64,000 bases of DNA from IMG/VR virus record IMGVR_UViG_3300046003_005733, positions 5,668-69,667 of that record; one strand, given 5' to 3'. Shown in pieces: positions 26,169-35,847 of the stretch (positions within the stretch are counted from its first letter, which is position 1; each line of letters starts with the position of its first letter). The position numbers and the translations under genes are program-made. Below the pieces are notes generated by a model, which saw nothing but the letters and a program-made list of their open reading frames with translations, did no database searches and had not been told where the DNA came from. The DNA comes from a virus. Taxonomy: Duplodnaviria; Caudoviricetes.

Positions 26169-28453
26169 AAAACTACAATCTAATAATTAAAGAAAATATT
26201 AATCTATTCTTAAATGAGCTTTCTGAGCATGAGATAGTTTCCTATGATACTGAGACTACTGGGTTAAACGTAAGAAAAGATAAAGTCATTGGCTTTTCAG
26301 TATCTTGTATTGAAGGCAGTGGGTGGTATTTACCTTTATATATTTGGGATAAAGAACGGCAGCTACTCATTCCTCAAGAATGGGAGCTATCAGTAGCTAT
26401 GGATATTCTTAGAGAACTTACTACTAAAAAACTTATAATGCATAATGCTAGTTTTGATATTCGTGTAACAATGAGTAATTTCTCGGTAAGTTTAATATCA
26501 GCATTATACGCAGATACTCAGCTTATGAAGCATACTCTATGCGAGGAAGGTCCATTTGCTCTTAAGGATAATGCTGTTATATATGCTAAAGAAATTGGTT
26601 TAGATAATCAGGATGCAGCCAATCAGGAGCAGCTTGAGCTTGAGCTTAATGTCAAAGCTAATGGTGGAAGCTGGACAAGAGAGAATAAGCAGATGTTCAA
26701 AGGCGACTTGCCAATCTTGGCTAAGTATGCAATTGCCGATACTGACATAACATTGCGACTATTCAACTACTTTGATGAGCAATTAGAATTGCAAGGATTG
26801 TGTGACTTATTCTATACTGATGAAGTTATGCCCCTTTATAAGCTAGTAACAATTAAAATGGAGCATAGAGGGGTTTATCTCGATATGCCAAAGCTTGAAA
26901 AGTACCTTGGTGAAATCAAGTTAGAATTAGCTAAAACAGAGAAATCAGTAGTTGAGGCTATCATGGAGATAACAGAAGCAAAAGAGTTTGTGGACGATTT
27001 ACTGAATGAACAGTACCCAATAACTGGCGGCAAGCTGAAGCAATACTTTTGTGAGCTTTGTGGTTTGGGAAGATTCCTGCCAGTGCTAAAAAGTGGTAAG
27101 TTTCAGCTTACAAAAAAGAGCATTGAGGTTTTAAAAGACACGCACCCAGAGCATTACGATTTTCTTGCAAATGGAACTATACTTCCTAATTTCGACTGGA
27201 AGGGCATACAGATGGAGCTATTGCTCCAAGATCAGCAGTACCCAATTAATCTTGCTTCTAAAGATCAGCTTGGTAAGATAGTATTTGAAAGAATAGGGAT
27301 TGATCCACTATCAAAAACGAAAGGTGGGAAGGGTCAATTCAATGAAGATTTTGTTGAACACTTGGCAGAAGAGTATGGCTTTCCTTGGGCTTTAGAGCTT
27401 AGAGTCTTTAATAAGATGAATAAGATTAAAAGTAGTTACTTCGATAGGTTTATGGAGATGCAGGAAGATGGTATCTATTATCCTACGTTCAAGCAGCATG
27501 CCACTACAAGTGCTCGATATGGGAGTGATTTCCAGCAATTACCTCGTCCTAAAGAAGAGGATGAGGAGTCCCCAGAAGATGAAAGAATTATGTATTTCAC
27601 AAATATCGTAAGAGAACTTGTTATTCCTAAAACTGGATATGCTTTTATTGATGACGACTATGAATCTCTTGAGCCTCGAGTTTTTGCTGACGATGCAGGA
27701 GATCAGCCACTCATTGACATTTTCTTGAATGGAGAGGACTTCTACTCTAAAGTTGCTATTGGAGCTGAGAAGCTGACTGGAGTTTCTGCTGACAAGAAAG
27801 CCCCTAACTTCCTGAAGAAAGTAAATCCAAAGGCAAGACAAGATGGTAAGGCTTATGCTCTGGGAATTCGCTACGGAATGAAGAATGTAAAATTAAGCTA
27901 TACTCTGAACATTGGTAAAGATGAAGCTCAGACAATTATTGATAACTACTTTAGCTCTTTCCCCGGACTGAAAGCCTCTATGGATAAGTACTTGAATCAA
28001 GCTAAAAAGTTAGGAACTGTTACTTCTAAGTTTGGAAGAGTTCGCCACCTTTCAAGAGCCAAAGAAATTCACAGAAAGTTTGGTGACAACGTATTGGACT
28101 TTAGAGCTTTGGGAAGACTTGCTTATAAGCATAACTTAAGCATGGAGGAGCTAAAGACTATTCGTAAAGAATATAATAATTTATTAAATAATGCTCTAAA
28201 CTTCCCAATCCAGTCGGCAAGTGCCAGTTTAGTTAACCGTGCCGCAATATCTATGACGAGATCATTCCTAGAGGAAGGATTGGATGCTTGGGTAAGTCTT
28301 CAAATTCACGATCAATTAGTTATCTCTTGTAATAAGAATTGTATTGACAGAGTTAAAGAAGTTGTACAAGATGCTATGGAGAACACTAATAAACTGGCAA
28401 TGCCTTTAATTGCAAAGCCTGAAGTTGCTATGAATTTAAAAGAGGGACATTAA
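26165..28453 (+). CDS. polA: Family A DNA polymerase with 3'-5' exonuclease
   Basis: Exo YDTETTG, HNASFD, YAIAD; motif A DDDYESLEPR; motif B RQDGKAYALGIRYG; motif C QIHDQL. Confidence 0.95.
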   Translation: MKNYNLIIKENINLFLNELSEHEIVSYDTETTGLNVRKDKVIGFSVSCIEGSGWYLPLYIWDKERQLLIPQEWELSVAMDILRELTTKKLIMHNASFDIRVTMSNFSVSLISALYADTQLMKHTLCEEGPFALKDNAVIYAKEIGLDNQDAANQEQLELELNVKANGGSWTRENKQMFKGDLPILAKYAIADTDITLRLFNYFDEQLELQGLCDLFYTDEVMPLYKLVTIKMEHRGVYLDMPKLEKYLGEIKLELAKTEKSVVEAIMEITEAKEFVDDLLNEQYPITGGKLKQYFCELCGLGRFLPVLKSGKFQLTKKSIEVLKDTHPEHYDFLANGTILPNFDWKGIQMELLLQDQQYPINLASKDQLGKIVFERIGIDPLSKTKGGKGQFNEDFVEHLAEEYGFPWALELRVFNKMNKIKSSYFDRFMEMQEDGIYYPTFKQHATTSARYGSDFQQLPRPKEEDEESPEDERIMYFTNIVRELVIPKTGYAFIDDDYESLEPRVFADDAGDQPLIDIFLNGEDFYSKVAIGAEKLTGVSADKKAPNFLKKVNPKARQDGKAYALGIRYGMKNVKLSYTLNIGKDEAQTIIDNYFSSFPGLKASMDKYLNQAKKLGTVTSKFGRVRHLSRAKEIHRKFGDNVLDFRALGRLAYKHNLSMEELKTIRKEYNNLLNNALNFPIQSASASLVNRAAISMTRSFLEEGLDAWVSLQIHDQLVISCNKNCIDRVKEVVQDAMENTNKLAMPLIAKPEVAMNLKEGH

Positions 28454-29052
28454 TGAGTAAGGAATCCTTTAAGTTAGGCTTAGTAACAAAACAACAAGCT
28501 GCCGATATTCTCTTAAAGTTCCATTATTTAAAAGATATTTCTAAAGGATTTAAGAGTGGATTTAATGTTGGACTATTTGATAACGAGGAGTTAGTTGGAG
28601 TTTGTATATTCACAGGATTTCCTGTTCCAGAATTAGTTACAGGAATGTTCGGACTTCCAAGAGAAAATCAGGATGGATTTTTTGAGCTTAGTAGACTATG
28701 CTTAACTCCAGAAATACAAAAACAAGAGCATAATTTAGCTTCTTGGTTTGTATCTCGGTCTATTAGATTTTTAAGAAAGGAGAAATCTGTAAGAGCTATT
28801 TTATCCTATGCAGATTCTACATTCCACTCTGGCACTGTTTACAAAGCTTGTAACTTCAAGTACTATGGACTAACTGAGGCTAAGAAGGATTTCTTCATAA
28901 AGCAGCCAGATGGATCATTCATTAAGCACAGTAGAGGTAAGGTTAAAGGAATAGAGGGAGAGTGGAGAGATAGAAGCGTTAAGCACAGGTATGTTCTGGT
29001 GTATGATACGAACTTAGACATAAAATGGAAGGACACTAATGTTAGTCTTTAA
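28453..29052 (+). CDS. Mom-like (GNAT-fold) DNA modification protein
   Basis: FHYL, LVGVCIF, ELSRLCL, SWFVSRS, ILSYAD..FHSGTVYKACNF. Confidence 0.75.
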   Translation: MSKESFKLGLVTKQQAADILLKFHYLKDISKGFKSGFNVGLFDNEELVGVCIFTGFPVPELVTGMFGLPRENQDGFFELSRLCLTPEIQKQEHNLASWFVSRSIRFLRKEKSVRAILSYADSTFHSGTVYKACNFKYYGLTEAKKDFFIKQPDGSFIKHSRGKVKGIEGEWRDRSVKHRYVLVYDTNLDIKWKDTNVSL

Positions 29053-29233
29053 AAAAATACGTGATGAGTCCAATGAATTCGACTCCACTGCTATCTCATT
29101 TGAATCCCATTCCATAACTACTTCCGAGATTCTGGAAGACTTCAAGTGCTTTCTAATGGCGTGTGGCTATCCTATTGACTTTGGTGATGAATTGGCTATA
29201 ATAAAAGAAGAAGAGGTGGAAGATGAAAAATAA
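29039..29233 (+). CDS. Hypothetical protein
   Basis: EILEDFKCFLMACGY pattern common in phages. Confidence 0.65.
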   Translation: MLVFKKIRDESNEFDSTAISFESHSITTSEILEDFKCFLMACGYPIDFGDELAIIKEEEVEDEK

Positions 29234-29350
29234 GTTCATTTGCTTTACTTACTCCATCAATAATGCGAATGGCAATCCTAAAGGCTTTGTATGGCTAACT
29301 GCCTGTTTCACTAATAGGAATTACAGGCTATTTCCAATGGGGTATAGAAG

Positions 29351-29548
29351 ATGAGAATAACTTATGACTCCAGAGCAGGAGCTACTTACGTAACGCTACG
29401 AGAACTAAAGCCCGGAGAGTATGTTGACAAAACATTGCAATCTGGTGCATACTATATTGACTACGATAAGGATGGGCAAATCCTTGGAATTGAATACTTA
29501 AATACTCCAACTATAGAAGTTGATGGAACTGAGGTTAAGCTAAGATGA
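29351..29548 (+). CDS. DUF2283 family protein
   Basis: MRITYD....YVTL...IDYDKDGQILGIEYL. Confidence 0.8.
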   Translation: MRITYDSRAGATYVTLRELKPGEYVDKTLQSGAYYIDYDKDGQILGIEYLNTPTIEVDGTEVKLR

Positions 29549-29847
29549 AAAAAGGCACACTTGTTAAGATGACTAGTAGAGGATTTAATTTTTATCATAA
29601 TATTGATGACGCATTTGATGGTTGGCAACTTCGTGGAGGAGTGAATGCTTCTTCTTTTGAGCAAATGCTATGTGAATCTTTAGCTATACTTGGAACTGGT
29701 AAAGTTATTATAGTTGAGCCTGATCAGGTAAAAGTGTGTTGGAAATTCAATAATGCTGGCATGTATTTCTATTATACCATGTGGTACTGTATTGAGGATG
29801 TACGTAAGCTATCCCTGCTTGAGCGTATTAAAGAATTCTTATGCTAA
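29545..29847 (+). CDS. Hypothetical protein (KKGTLVK start; tag-like KLSLLERIKEFLC*)
   Basis: ORF track. Confidence 0.65.
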   Translation: MKKGTLVKMTSRGFNFYHNIDDAFDGWQLRGGVNASSFEQMLCESLAILGTGKVIIVEPDQVKVCWKFNNAGMYFYYTMWYCIEDVRKLSLLERIKEFLC

Positions 29848-30020
29848 GATTATTATAAGGAGATATATGATTTATTTTTTTAAACTTGGATTAGGATTTA
29901 TCGTAGGTCAAACTATGGGTGCAGTGTATAAAGCTGGTCATTTGGGAATTGGCGCAAGTTTACTAACAGCCATGGGATTAACCGTCATTTTATGTATGCT
30001 ACTAGACTTAACTTTTTCAA

Positions 30021-30215
30021 ATGGTAACAAAGATGACAACAAAAAAGACTAAGATAGAATTAGAGGAATTATACCCTAAGCTAACTACGTATAAAGTAGG
30101 GATAGATGGGTACTGGGGTTATCTAAAAGACTACTCTATATTAAGCGAATTTACGGATGAAGAATTAGGTCAGGAGTTACTACGAAGAACTTCTTTAGGA
30201 AAAGAACTTGAATAA
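30021..30215 (+). CDS. Small protein with C-terminal tag (RRTSLGKELE*)
   Basis: ORF track; tag. Confidence 0.7.
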   Translation: MVTKMTTKKTKIELEELYPKLTTYKVGIDGYWGYLKDYSILSEFTDEELGQELLRRTSLGKELE

Positions 30216-30230
30216 CGATTATTTAAATTA

Positions 30231-30680
30231 TTGGAATTTTTAATGAAAAATATTAGTCAGTATAAAAATTTACTTATAGTGGGATTAATTTCACTTTTAG
30301 TTGGTAGATTTGTGATACAGCCAAAACAAGAAGTTAAAGAAGTTATTAAATATGTACAAGCTGAAGTTAAGAAAGAAAAAAAGAAAAAAGTAACTACTAC
30401 TAAGGAAACTACGAATGCTGATGGAAGCTCAACTGTAGATACTACAATAGAAGAAGACAGTTCTTCTGATTCACAATCAAGTATTTCTTATTCAGATGAG
30501 ACTAAATTTAAAAAAGCTAATATTACAATTGGAGTATTAGCATTAAAGGATCTTGGCAAATTTTCAGAAAAGACTAATTTTGGAGTAGTGGCAGTATCCC
30601 CTCTGCTTGGTAATTTATCCATTGTTGGAACATTGGACACTACTAAAAGAATCGGTTTAGGTATAGCACTGGAGTTTTAA
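30231..30680 (+). CDS. Membrane-anchored protein with C-terminal beta strands ending in Phe
   Basis: N-terminal TM LLIVGLISLLVG; C-terminal IGLGIALEF. Confidence 0.6.
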   Translation: MEFLMKNISQYKNLLIVGLISLLVGRFVIQPKQEVKEVIKYVQAEVKKEKKKKVTTTKETTNADGSSTVDTTIEEDSSSDSQSSISYSDETKFKKANITIGVLALKDLGKFSEKTNFGVVAVSPLLGNLSIVGTLDTTKRIGLGIALEF

Positions 30681-30874
30681 TGTGGTACATGGATAATGAT
30701 GACGATGACTACCCACCTCCTCCTCCTGTTCCAGAAAAACACTCAGACTGGTCGCAGAAGTATTGTAGCCATAATTGGAAAAAAACAGTACTTATAATAT
30801 CTACTGTAGAAGATTGTACTAAGTGTGGAGTTAAAAAAGAAATTTATGAAAAATGGGGAAAAGAAGAATTTTGA
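30680..30874 (+). CDS. Small Zn-finger-like protein
   Basis: CSHNW...CTKCG. Confidence 0.6.
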   Translation: MWYMDNDDDDYPPPPPVPEKHSDWSQKYCSHNWKKTVLIISTVEDCTKCGVKKEIYEKWGKEEF

Positions 30875-31058
30875 AGTTGGGGATATATGGTTTGACGATA
30901 GTGCTGATGCGCATTATTTAATATTAGACTATAGGGATGGCATTATTAGTATTAAATGGTTGGATCTGGAAGCTAACGAGATGCCAGTGAATGAGTGCTA
31001 CTGCTATGAGGATGAATTTATAAGAAAAATATCAAGCTTAGAAAAAGAGCTTTTATAA
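30825..31058 (+). CDS. Small protein with C-terminal tag (KISSLEKELL*)
   Basis: FEVGDIW body; tag. Confidence 0.8.
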   Translation: MELKKKFMKNGEKKNFEVGDIWFDDSADAHYLILDYRDGIISIKWLDLEANEMPVNECYCYEDEFIRKISSLEKELL

Positions 31059-31201
31059 TTGACTCAAATAGTGTACTATTGGTAAGATAATTAACAAGAG
31101 GATTGTGGGATGAATGTTGAAGCTCAACTAATATTAATTATATGTATTACATCAATAATTATTGCACGTATTATAAATAAGTAAATAAATATAGGAGTAT
31201 T

Positions 31202-31687
31202 ATGCCACACCATTATTGGGGAGATGAGGATTTCGATTGGGATTCCCTACATAAAGCTATAAACGAAGCTCATATTATAATGAGAAAGTACGGACGCATA
31301 GGTGTTCATAGTAAAGAGAAGTATGGAACAGCTCGCTGGAGTCTTTACTTATGTAGCGGGAGTCTACACTCGTTCACACATCCCGGATTCATGTACTCTC
31401 AGTACCCTAAATGGCTTTGGTCATTCGACGTAATGAATAAACCACTCAAGCACATTGCTCCTATAATTAGATTCTGGCAGAAGCTGGTCATACAATATGC
31501 CTTCACTGTAGTATGCGCTAAGTATCCGCACATACGTAAAGAAATTATTAGTGACGCTCCGAGAGAGCTATTACCTTGCGAACTTGCTATCGAGTGTGCT
31601 AAAATGTGGAGCAATAGCTGTGACCATTGCGGAAAAATGTCTACAGTAGATAATTATAAATGTCCTCATTGTGGAGAAGTGAAATGA
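31202..31687 (+). CDS. Conserved phage protein (KEKYG motif, C-terminal Zn ribbon)
   Basis: SKEKYGTARW; CDHCG...CPHCG. Confidence 0.7.
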   Translation: MPHHYWGDEDFDWDSLHKAINEAHIIMRKYGRIGVHSKEKYGTARWSLYLCSGSLHSFTHPGFMYSQYPKWLWSFDVMNKPLKHIAPIIRFWQKLVIQYAFTVVCAKYPHIRKEIISDAPRELLPCELAIECAKMWSNSCDHCGKMSTVDNYKCPHCGEVK

Positions 31688-32103
31688 AAGAGAAAAAACT
31701 AGTATTGTCAGCACCAGTTAAACGAGACTTACGGATTAATCGTGTATCCAAAACAAAAAAACAAATCCTAGAAGCTATTAGTAGGGCAGTTGAAGATGCT
31801 GTGGAACATTTTAATCGTGAGGATGGAGGTTGGAAGCTATACAAGGACTTTGTCCAATCAGAAGTCTTGCGTGATATATTTGGATTTTGTATCGAGGATG
31901 AAATTAGTCAGGCTTTTATGAATCAAGGTTTAAGTATTGAATACTCTGGTGGTAGGTCTTTTATAAGAACTAAAGAAGAGTATCAACCTATCTATATGAA
32001 TGAAAGAACAGGCAAGATACATTTGGTAGAGAACTCTGATGACAAGACTTATATCCATAGATTTAGTAGTCGTAATGGATACGTTGAGATAGGAAGATTA
32101 TAA
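31660..32103 (+). CDS. Hypothetical protein
   Basis: ORF track. Confidence 0.6.
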   Translation: MSSLWRSEMKEKKLVLSAPVKRDLRINRVSKTKKQILEAISRAVEDAVEHFNREDGGWKLYKDFVQSEVLRDIFGFCIEDEISQAFMNQGLSIEYSGGRSFIRTKEEYQPIYMNERTGKIHLVENSDDKTYIHRFSSRNGYVEIGRL

Positions 32104-32272
32104 TATTAGAATATAACGAGCAAACCTGCGAACTGTTGGCAGGGGATCGAATGACTCAGAACTCTTGTAATGAAACCTCGATTGGTGGACGCAAGTTAAG
32201 GGCTGACGAGACAGTGTAGTGGGGCGGGAGTTTGTTAGTTTGATAACCGCAGCGAACAACTTAAGAGGATAG

Positions 32273-32470
32273 ATGATGAAGAGAAGTGAAGCGGTTAAAT
32301 TAATACACAACATCATCAGTGACGAATTACTTACTACAGAAGAATTTAACTTAAATGACTGTAGTGAACTTCTTAAAGCTCTAGAAGAAGAAGGTATGTT
32401 CTACTGCCCTGTTGAGGACTTGGGTGAGTTTCAATTAAGAACACCTAAAGGATGGGAGGATGAAAAATGA
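32273..32470 (+). CDS. MKRSEA... small protein (paralog 1)
   Basis: Similar to ORF 32651-32908: MKRSEA...LL..LEE.G...P...WE. Confidence 0.7.
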   Translation: MMKRSEAVKLIHNIISDELLTTEEFNLNDCSELLKALEEEGMFYCPVEDLGEFQLRTPKGWEDEK

Positions 32471-32700
32471 ATAAATATAAAATAGCCGAAATAGCCATAG
32501 AGTTTAAAGAAGATGGCACTCCTATGTATTGGATTTACAATGCGGGATATCATGCTGGTCAGGGCGGTATGGAGTTTGTATACGGTAACTTTGGGACTCC
32601 TAGCTTAGAACAATCCATAGAGATGCTTAAGACTAAGTTAATAAGAGATATTGATCTTATCGTCGAGAGAGTTAGGGAAAAAGAAAATGAAAAGAAGTGA
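32467..32700 (+). CDS. Hypothetical protein
   Basis: GGAGG RBS, ATGA overlap. Confidence 0.65.
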   Translation: MNKYKIAEIAIEFKEDGTPMYWIYNAGYHAGQGGMEFVYGNFGTPSLEQSIEMLKTKLIRDIDLIVERVREKENEKK

Positions 32701-32908
32701 AGCCATCGAACATGTAGTTAATGTCTTACGACTTACTGGAAATCATTATCCAGAGGACTATGATAAGGAAGGTATGGATGCTGAAAGAATACTAGATAAG
32801 CTTGAAGAATTAGGCGTACTTCCTCCATTTAATGAATGGTCTTTTATGATGGATGGAGATCATGCTGATCAAGATGATGTTAGATACTATACTTGGGAGA
32901 TAGAGTGA
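32651..32908 (+). CDS. MKRSEA... small protein (paralog 2)
   Basis: MKRSEAI...ILDKLEELGVLPP...WE; likely start at the internal Met. Confidence 0.7.
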   Translation: MILSSRELGKKKMKRSEAIEHVVNVLRLTGNHYPEDYDKEGMDAERILDKLEELGVLPPFNEWSFMMDGDHADQDDVRYYTWEIE

Positions 32909-33315
32909 TTAATTTAAAGGATGCCGTTACTTCTTCCGGATCTTACCCAGATAGGGAGGTTCATCCAGAACTCACTCCTGATGTAATATCTAATCTGGAA
33001 ACTCTTTTAATTCATGTAAATGCTCTATTAAGTGGATTGGAGATATCTAAGGCTAAGGTATCTTCTGGGTTTCGTCCAAGTGAAGTAAATGCTGCTACTA
33101 AGGGTGCTGCTAAAAAATCTAATCACATGCTTGGAAATGCTATTGATATTCTAGATGATAAAAAACAATCTTTGGCTAATAAGCTAACTCCTGAAATTCT
33201 TGCTAAATATAACTTGTATATGGAAGATAAGTCTGCTACAGTTGGGAAGATGACAAATTGGGTACACTTACAGATTGTCCCACCTAAATCTAAAAAGAGA
33301 ATATTTTTTCCATGA
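32905..33315 (+). CDS. Peptidase M15A family (endolysin-type)
   Basis: VSSGFR...N...GAAKKSNHMLGNAIDI...WVHLQ. Confidence 0.88.
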   Translation: MINLKDAVTSSGSYPDREVHPELTPDVISNLETLLIHVNALLSGLEISKAKVSSGFRPSEVNAATKGAAKKSNHMLGNAIDILDDKKQSLANKLTPEILAKYNLYMEDKSATVGKMTNWVHLQIVPPKSKKRIFFP

Positions 33316-33442
33316 ACCAAGATAATTATCACCAAGAACGAATTAAGCTCCAAAGATTACAATCTAAGTTGCAATTTGCTCAAATACTAATTCAAGCAAT
33401 TACCCTACTAGCAACTTTAATATTATTAGGAAATAAGTTGTA

Positions 33443-33742
33443 ATGGTGACTATTACTATACTGTCTATACTGCTTACACTAAATATGATACTTATGCATG
33501 GGCATACGTTTGTCCAATTTTATTATTGGATGTATAAGAAAGCTAAGAAGCCTAAATTTAAGATAAATGAATACGTTATGATAAATGATACAGAATTTGA
33601 AATTATTATGATAACCAATAATGCTAAGCCTTATACATATTTTTGTTTACCAGTTAAGGCAACTGGTGTTAGAATGATAGAAGCTTATTACCACGAGTCT
33701 AGAATTAAAAAAAAGACTGGATTATTAAAGGAACTAGAATGA
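33443..33742 (+). CDS. TM-anchored small protein with C-terminal tag (KTGLLKELE*)
   Basis: N-terminal hydrophobic helix; PKFKINEYV body; tag. Confidence 0.7.
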   Translation: MVTITILSILLTLNMILMHGHTFVQFYYWMYKKAKKPKFKINEYVMINDTEFEIIMITNNAKPYTYFCLPVKATGVRMIEAYYHESRIKKKTGLLKELE

Positions 33743-34524
33743 TTAAAAAACCTTGGCTTCCAAAAGAAATTACTTTTGTTTTAAACTTTCATAAGAAAGG
33801 ATTTTCTAGAAAAGATATTGCTAGGAAGTTTAATGATAAATATCCCACTAGGCCAAGAACTCAGGATTCTGTAAAGCATTGTATAGAAGTATATGGATCT
33901 TCTATTGAAAAATTACCTAGAAAAGTGTTAATTCTAGATATTGAAACTAAACCCATGATTGCTAAGGTTTGGGGATTATTTGATCAAAACATATCCCTTA
34001 ATCAGATAGTAGATGAAGGTGGGGTATTCTCTTGGAGTGCTAAGTGGATTGATTCTGATGAGGTTCTTTATAAAGATGTCAAAGGCATTAAGTCAAAAGA
34101 AAAGGAACTATTAAAGCCTATTTGGAAGTTAATGGATGAGGCTGATATCATCATAGGTCAAAATTCTGATAGTTTTGATATTAAAAAGCTAAACGCTAAG
34201 TTCTTAGAATATAAATTAGGAAGCCCTAGTGATTATAAAAAAATAGATACTTTAAAATTAGCTAAGAAGCATTTTAAATTTGTTAGCAATAAGCTTGAGT
34301 GGATGTCTAAGAAGTTCTGTAAGCTTAAGAAGTTAGCACATAGTAAGTTTCCGGGATTCATGCTGTGGGACGAGTGTGGCAAAGGTAATGTTGCCGCATG
34401 GAAAGAAATGGAGCTATACAACAAAATGGATGTACTTGCTACGGAAGAGTTATTTATAGTTCTATCTGAGTTCGATAAGACTGAAGTTGTACAGGATGCA
34501 TTAAAAGCTTATAGGAGTAAATAA
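33739..34524 (+). CDS. RNase H-like 3'-5' exonuclease with N-terminal HTH/Myb-like domain
   Basis: PWLPKEI; LILDIET, GQNSDSFD, IDTLK, YNKMDV. Confidence 0.85.
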   Translation: MIKKPWLPKEITFVLNFHKKGFSRKDIARKFNDKYPTRPRTQDSVKHCIEVYGSSIEKLPRKVLILDIETKPMIAKVWGLFDQNISLNQIVDEGGVFSWSAKWIDSDEVLYKDVKGIKSKEKELLKPIWKLMDEADIIIGQNSDSFDIKKLNAKFLEYKLGSPSDYKKIDTLKLAKKHFKFVSNKLEWMSKKFCKLKKLAHSKFPGFMLWDECGKGNVAAWKEMELYNKMDVLATEELFIVLSEFDKTEVVQDALKAYRSK

Positions 34525-34722
34525 AATGAAGTATACAGTTTTGTACGTAGACGACTGCACTCCTAAACAAAAAACTTTTAATAGCAAAAAGAAAGCTTTA
34601 GAATTTGTAGCTCCAATTGTAAAATCAAACTCGGATATACTTTGGATTGACGGATTAGTTATTGGGGAGTATATTAGAGGTGAGTTAGATGGAGAGTCAG
34701 AAGAACTTATTAAAAGGCTAAA

Positions 34723-34974
34723 GTGAGCTACAACATAGATGGAAAGATTGTAAACCAGCCAATAAGAAGAAGATTAGATGGTATGGTATTATGCTCCTGC
34801 TGTTCTAGAAGCATTAAAGCACCATCTAGAGTTGTTATGCCTATATCAGCTAAAACTGCTATTATGGTATTTCATTATGTAAATTCTAATTATTATATAC
34901 ATGAAACTAAAAAAGGATATGCCGTAATGTACTGCTCTTCTTACTGTAGAAGAAAACATAACCATAGATATTAG
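34723..34974 (+). CDS. Small Cys-rich protein
   Basis: LCSCC...YCSSYC. Confidence 0.55.
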   Translation: MSYNIDGKIVNQPIRRRLDGMVLCSCCSRSIKAPSRVVMPISAKTAIMVFHYVNSNYYIHETKKGYAVMYCSSYCRRKHNHRY

Positions 34975-35012
34975 TATATGTTTTAATTTAAAAATGATCG
35001 TGGAGATCTATA

Positions 35013-35342
35013 ATGACTAGGCCTAAATTTTTTACAGCTAAGATAAAAGGTATAGAATGGAAATTCTATGCTCAGGCTAGTTCTACTTATAATAGAAAGC
35101 ATGGTACAGATAGTCACGCAATTACTTATACCAAAGATCACGAAATATACTTTAAGCTATCTGAATTATCTCCTGACTACATTAGACACGAACTTATGCA
35201 TGCTTATGTAATGTGCTGCAGTATTAATTCTTCTAGCTTAACCGCAGATCAAATGGAGGAAGTTTGTGCTGAAATATTTGGAGAACATGGAGCAGAAATG
35301 TATTTAATGGTAGATCAAATACTTAATTTCTTTTTAAGATAA
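35013..35342 (+). CDS. Small HExxH metallopeptidase-like protein
   Basis: IRHELMHA...EEVC. Confidence 0.75.
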   Translation: MTRPKFFTAKIKGIEWKFYAQASSTYNRKHGTDSHAITYTKDHEIYFKLSELSPDYIRHELMHAYVMCCSINSSSLTADQMEEVCAEIFGEHGAEMYLMVDQILNFFLR

Positions 35343-35586
35343 TGAAAACAATAGCTAAAATTATATTTAAAATTCATAGAATTATTTACAAATATCCCAC
35401 CGTATCTGAGATTAGACTAACAGTAGATACCAATTATTTTATAGAATCTAACTGGTATGTATGCATGTTGTATATTAGTGGGGAATCTGTATCAGACATT
35501 GCTGATCTGCTACACATATCTGAAGATATGGTTAAACAAAGATTGAATGAATCCGCTTCAACACTTAACTTATAGGGAGTGTACTA

Positions 35587-35847
35587 ATGTCAAAAGAATC
35601 AGAAACAACTGCCAGACCGTCAAGATACAATAATGGGACTATCGAAGTTTGGGATGCTATAACTGGCATGGGATTTGATTATATGCAGGGAGCAGTTGTT
35701 AAGTATATTGCCAGATACAGGCACAAGAATGGGGAGCAGGATTTAAAAAAAGCTATAAATTATCTTATTAAAATGCTTGCGCAGCAAACTAATCAGGATT
35801 ACTATGAACTTAGGAAAAAAACTATTGATGAGGTAACTAGTGAATAG
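35587..35847 (+). CDS. DUF3310 (SaV / T7 gp1.7-like) protein
   Basis: PSRY..GTIEVWDAI...GAVVKYIARYRHKNGEQDLKKAINYL. Confidence 0.88.
   Translation: MSKESETTARPSRYNNGTIEVWDAITGMGFDYMQGAVVKYIARYRHKNGEQDLKKAINYLIKMLAQQTNQDYYELRKKTIDEVTSE

Noticed and set aside
17491-28453. Inteins or introns in RNR, helicase or PolA
   Set aside because: Lengths are compact, motifs are contiguous and no splice-junction signatures were seen
32203-32240. CTGACGA as a hammerhead ribozyme core
   Set aside because: No stem II followed by GAAA at the required position
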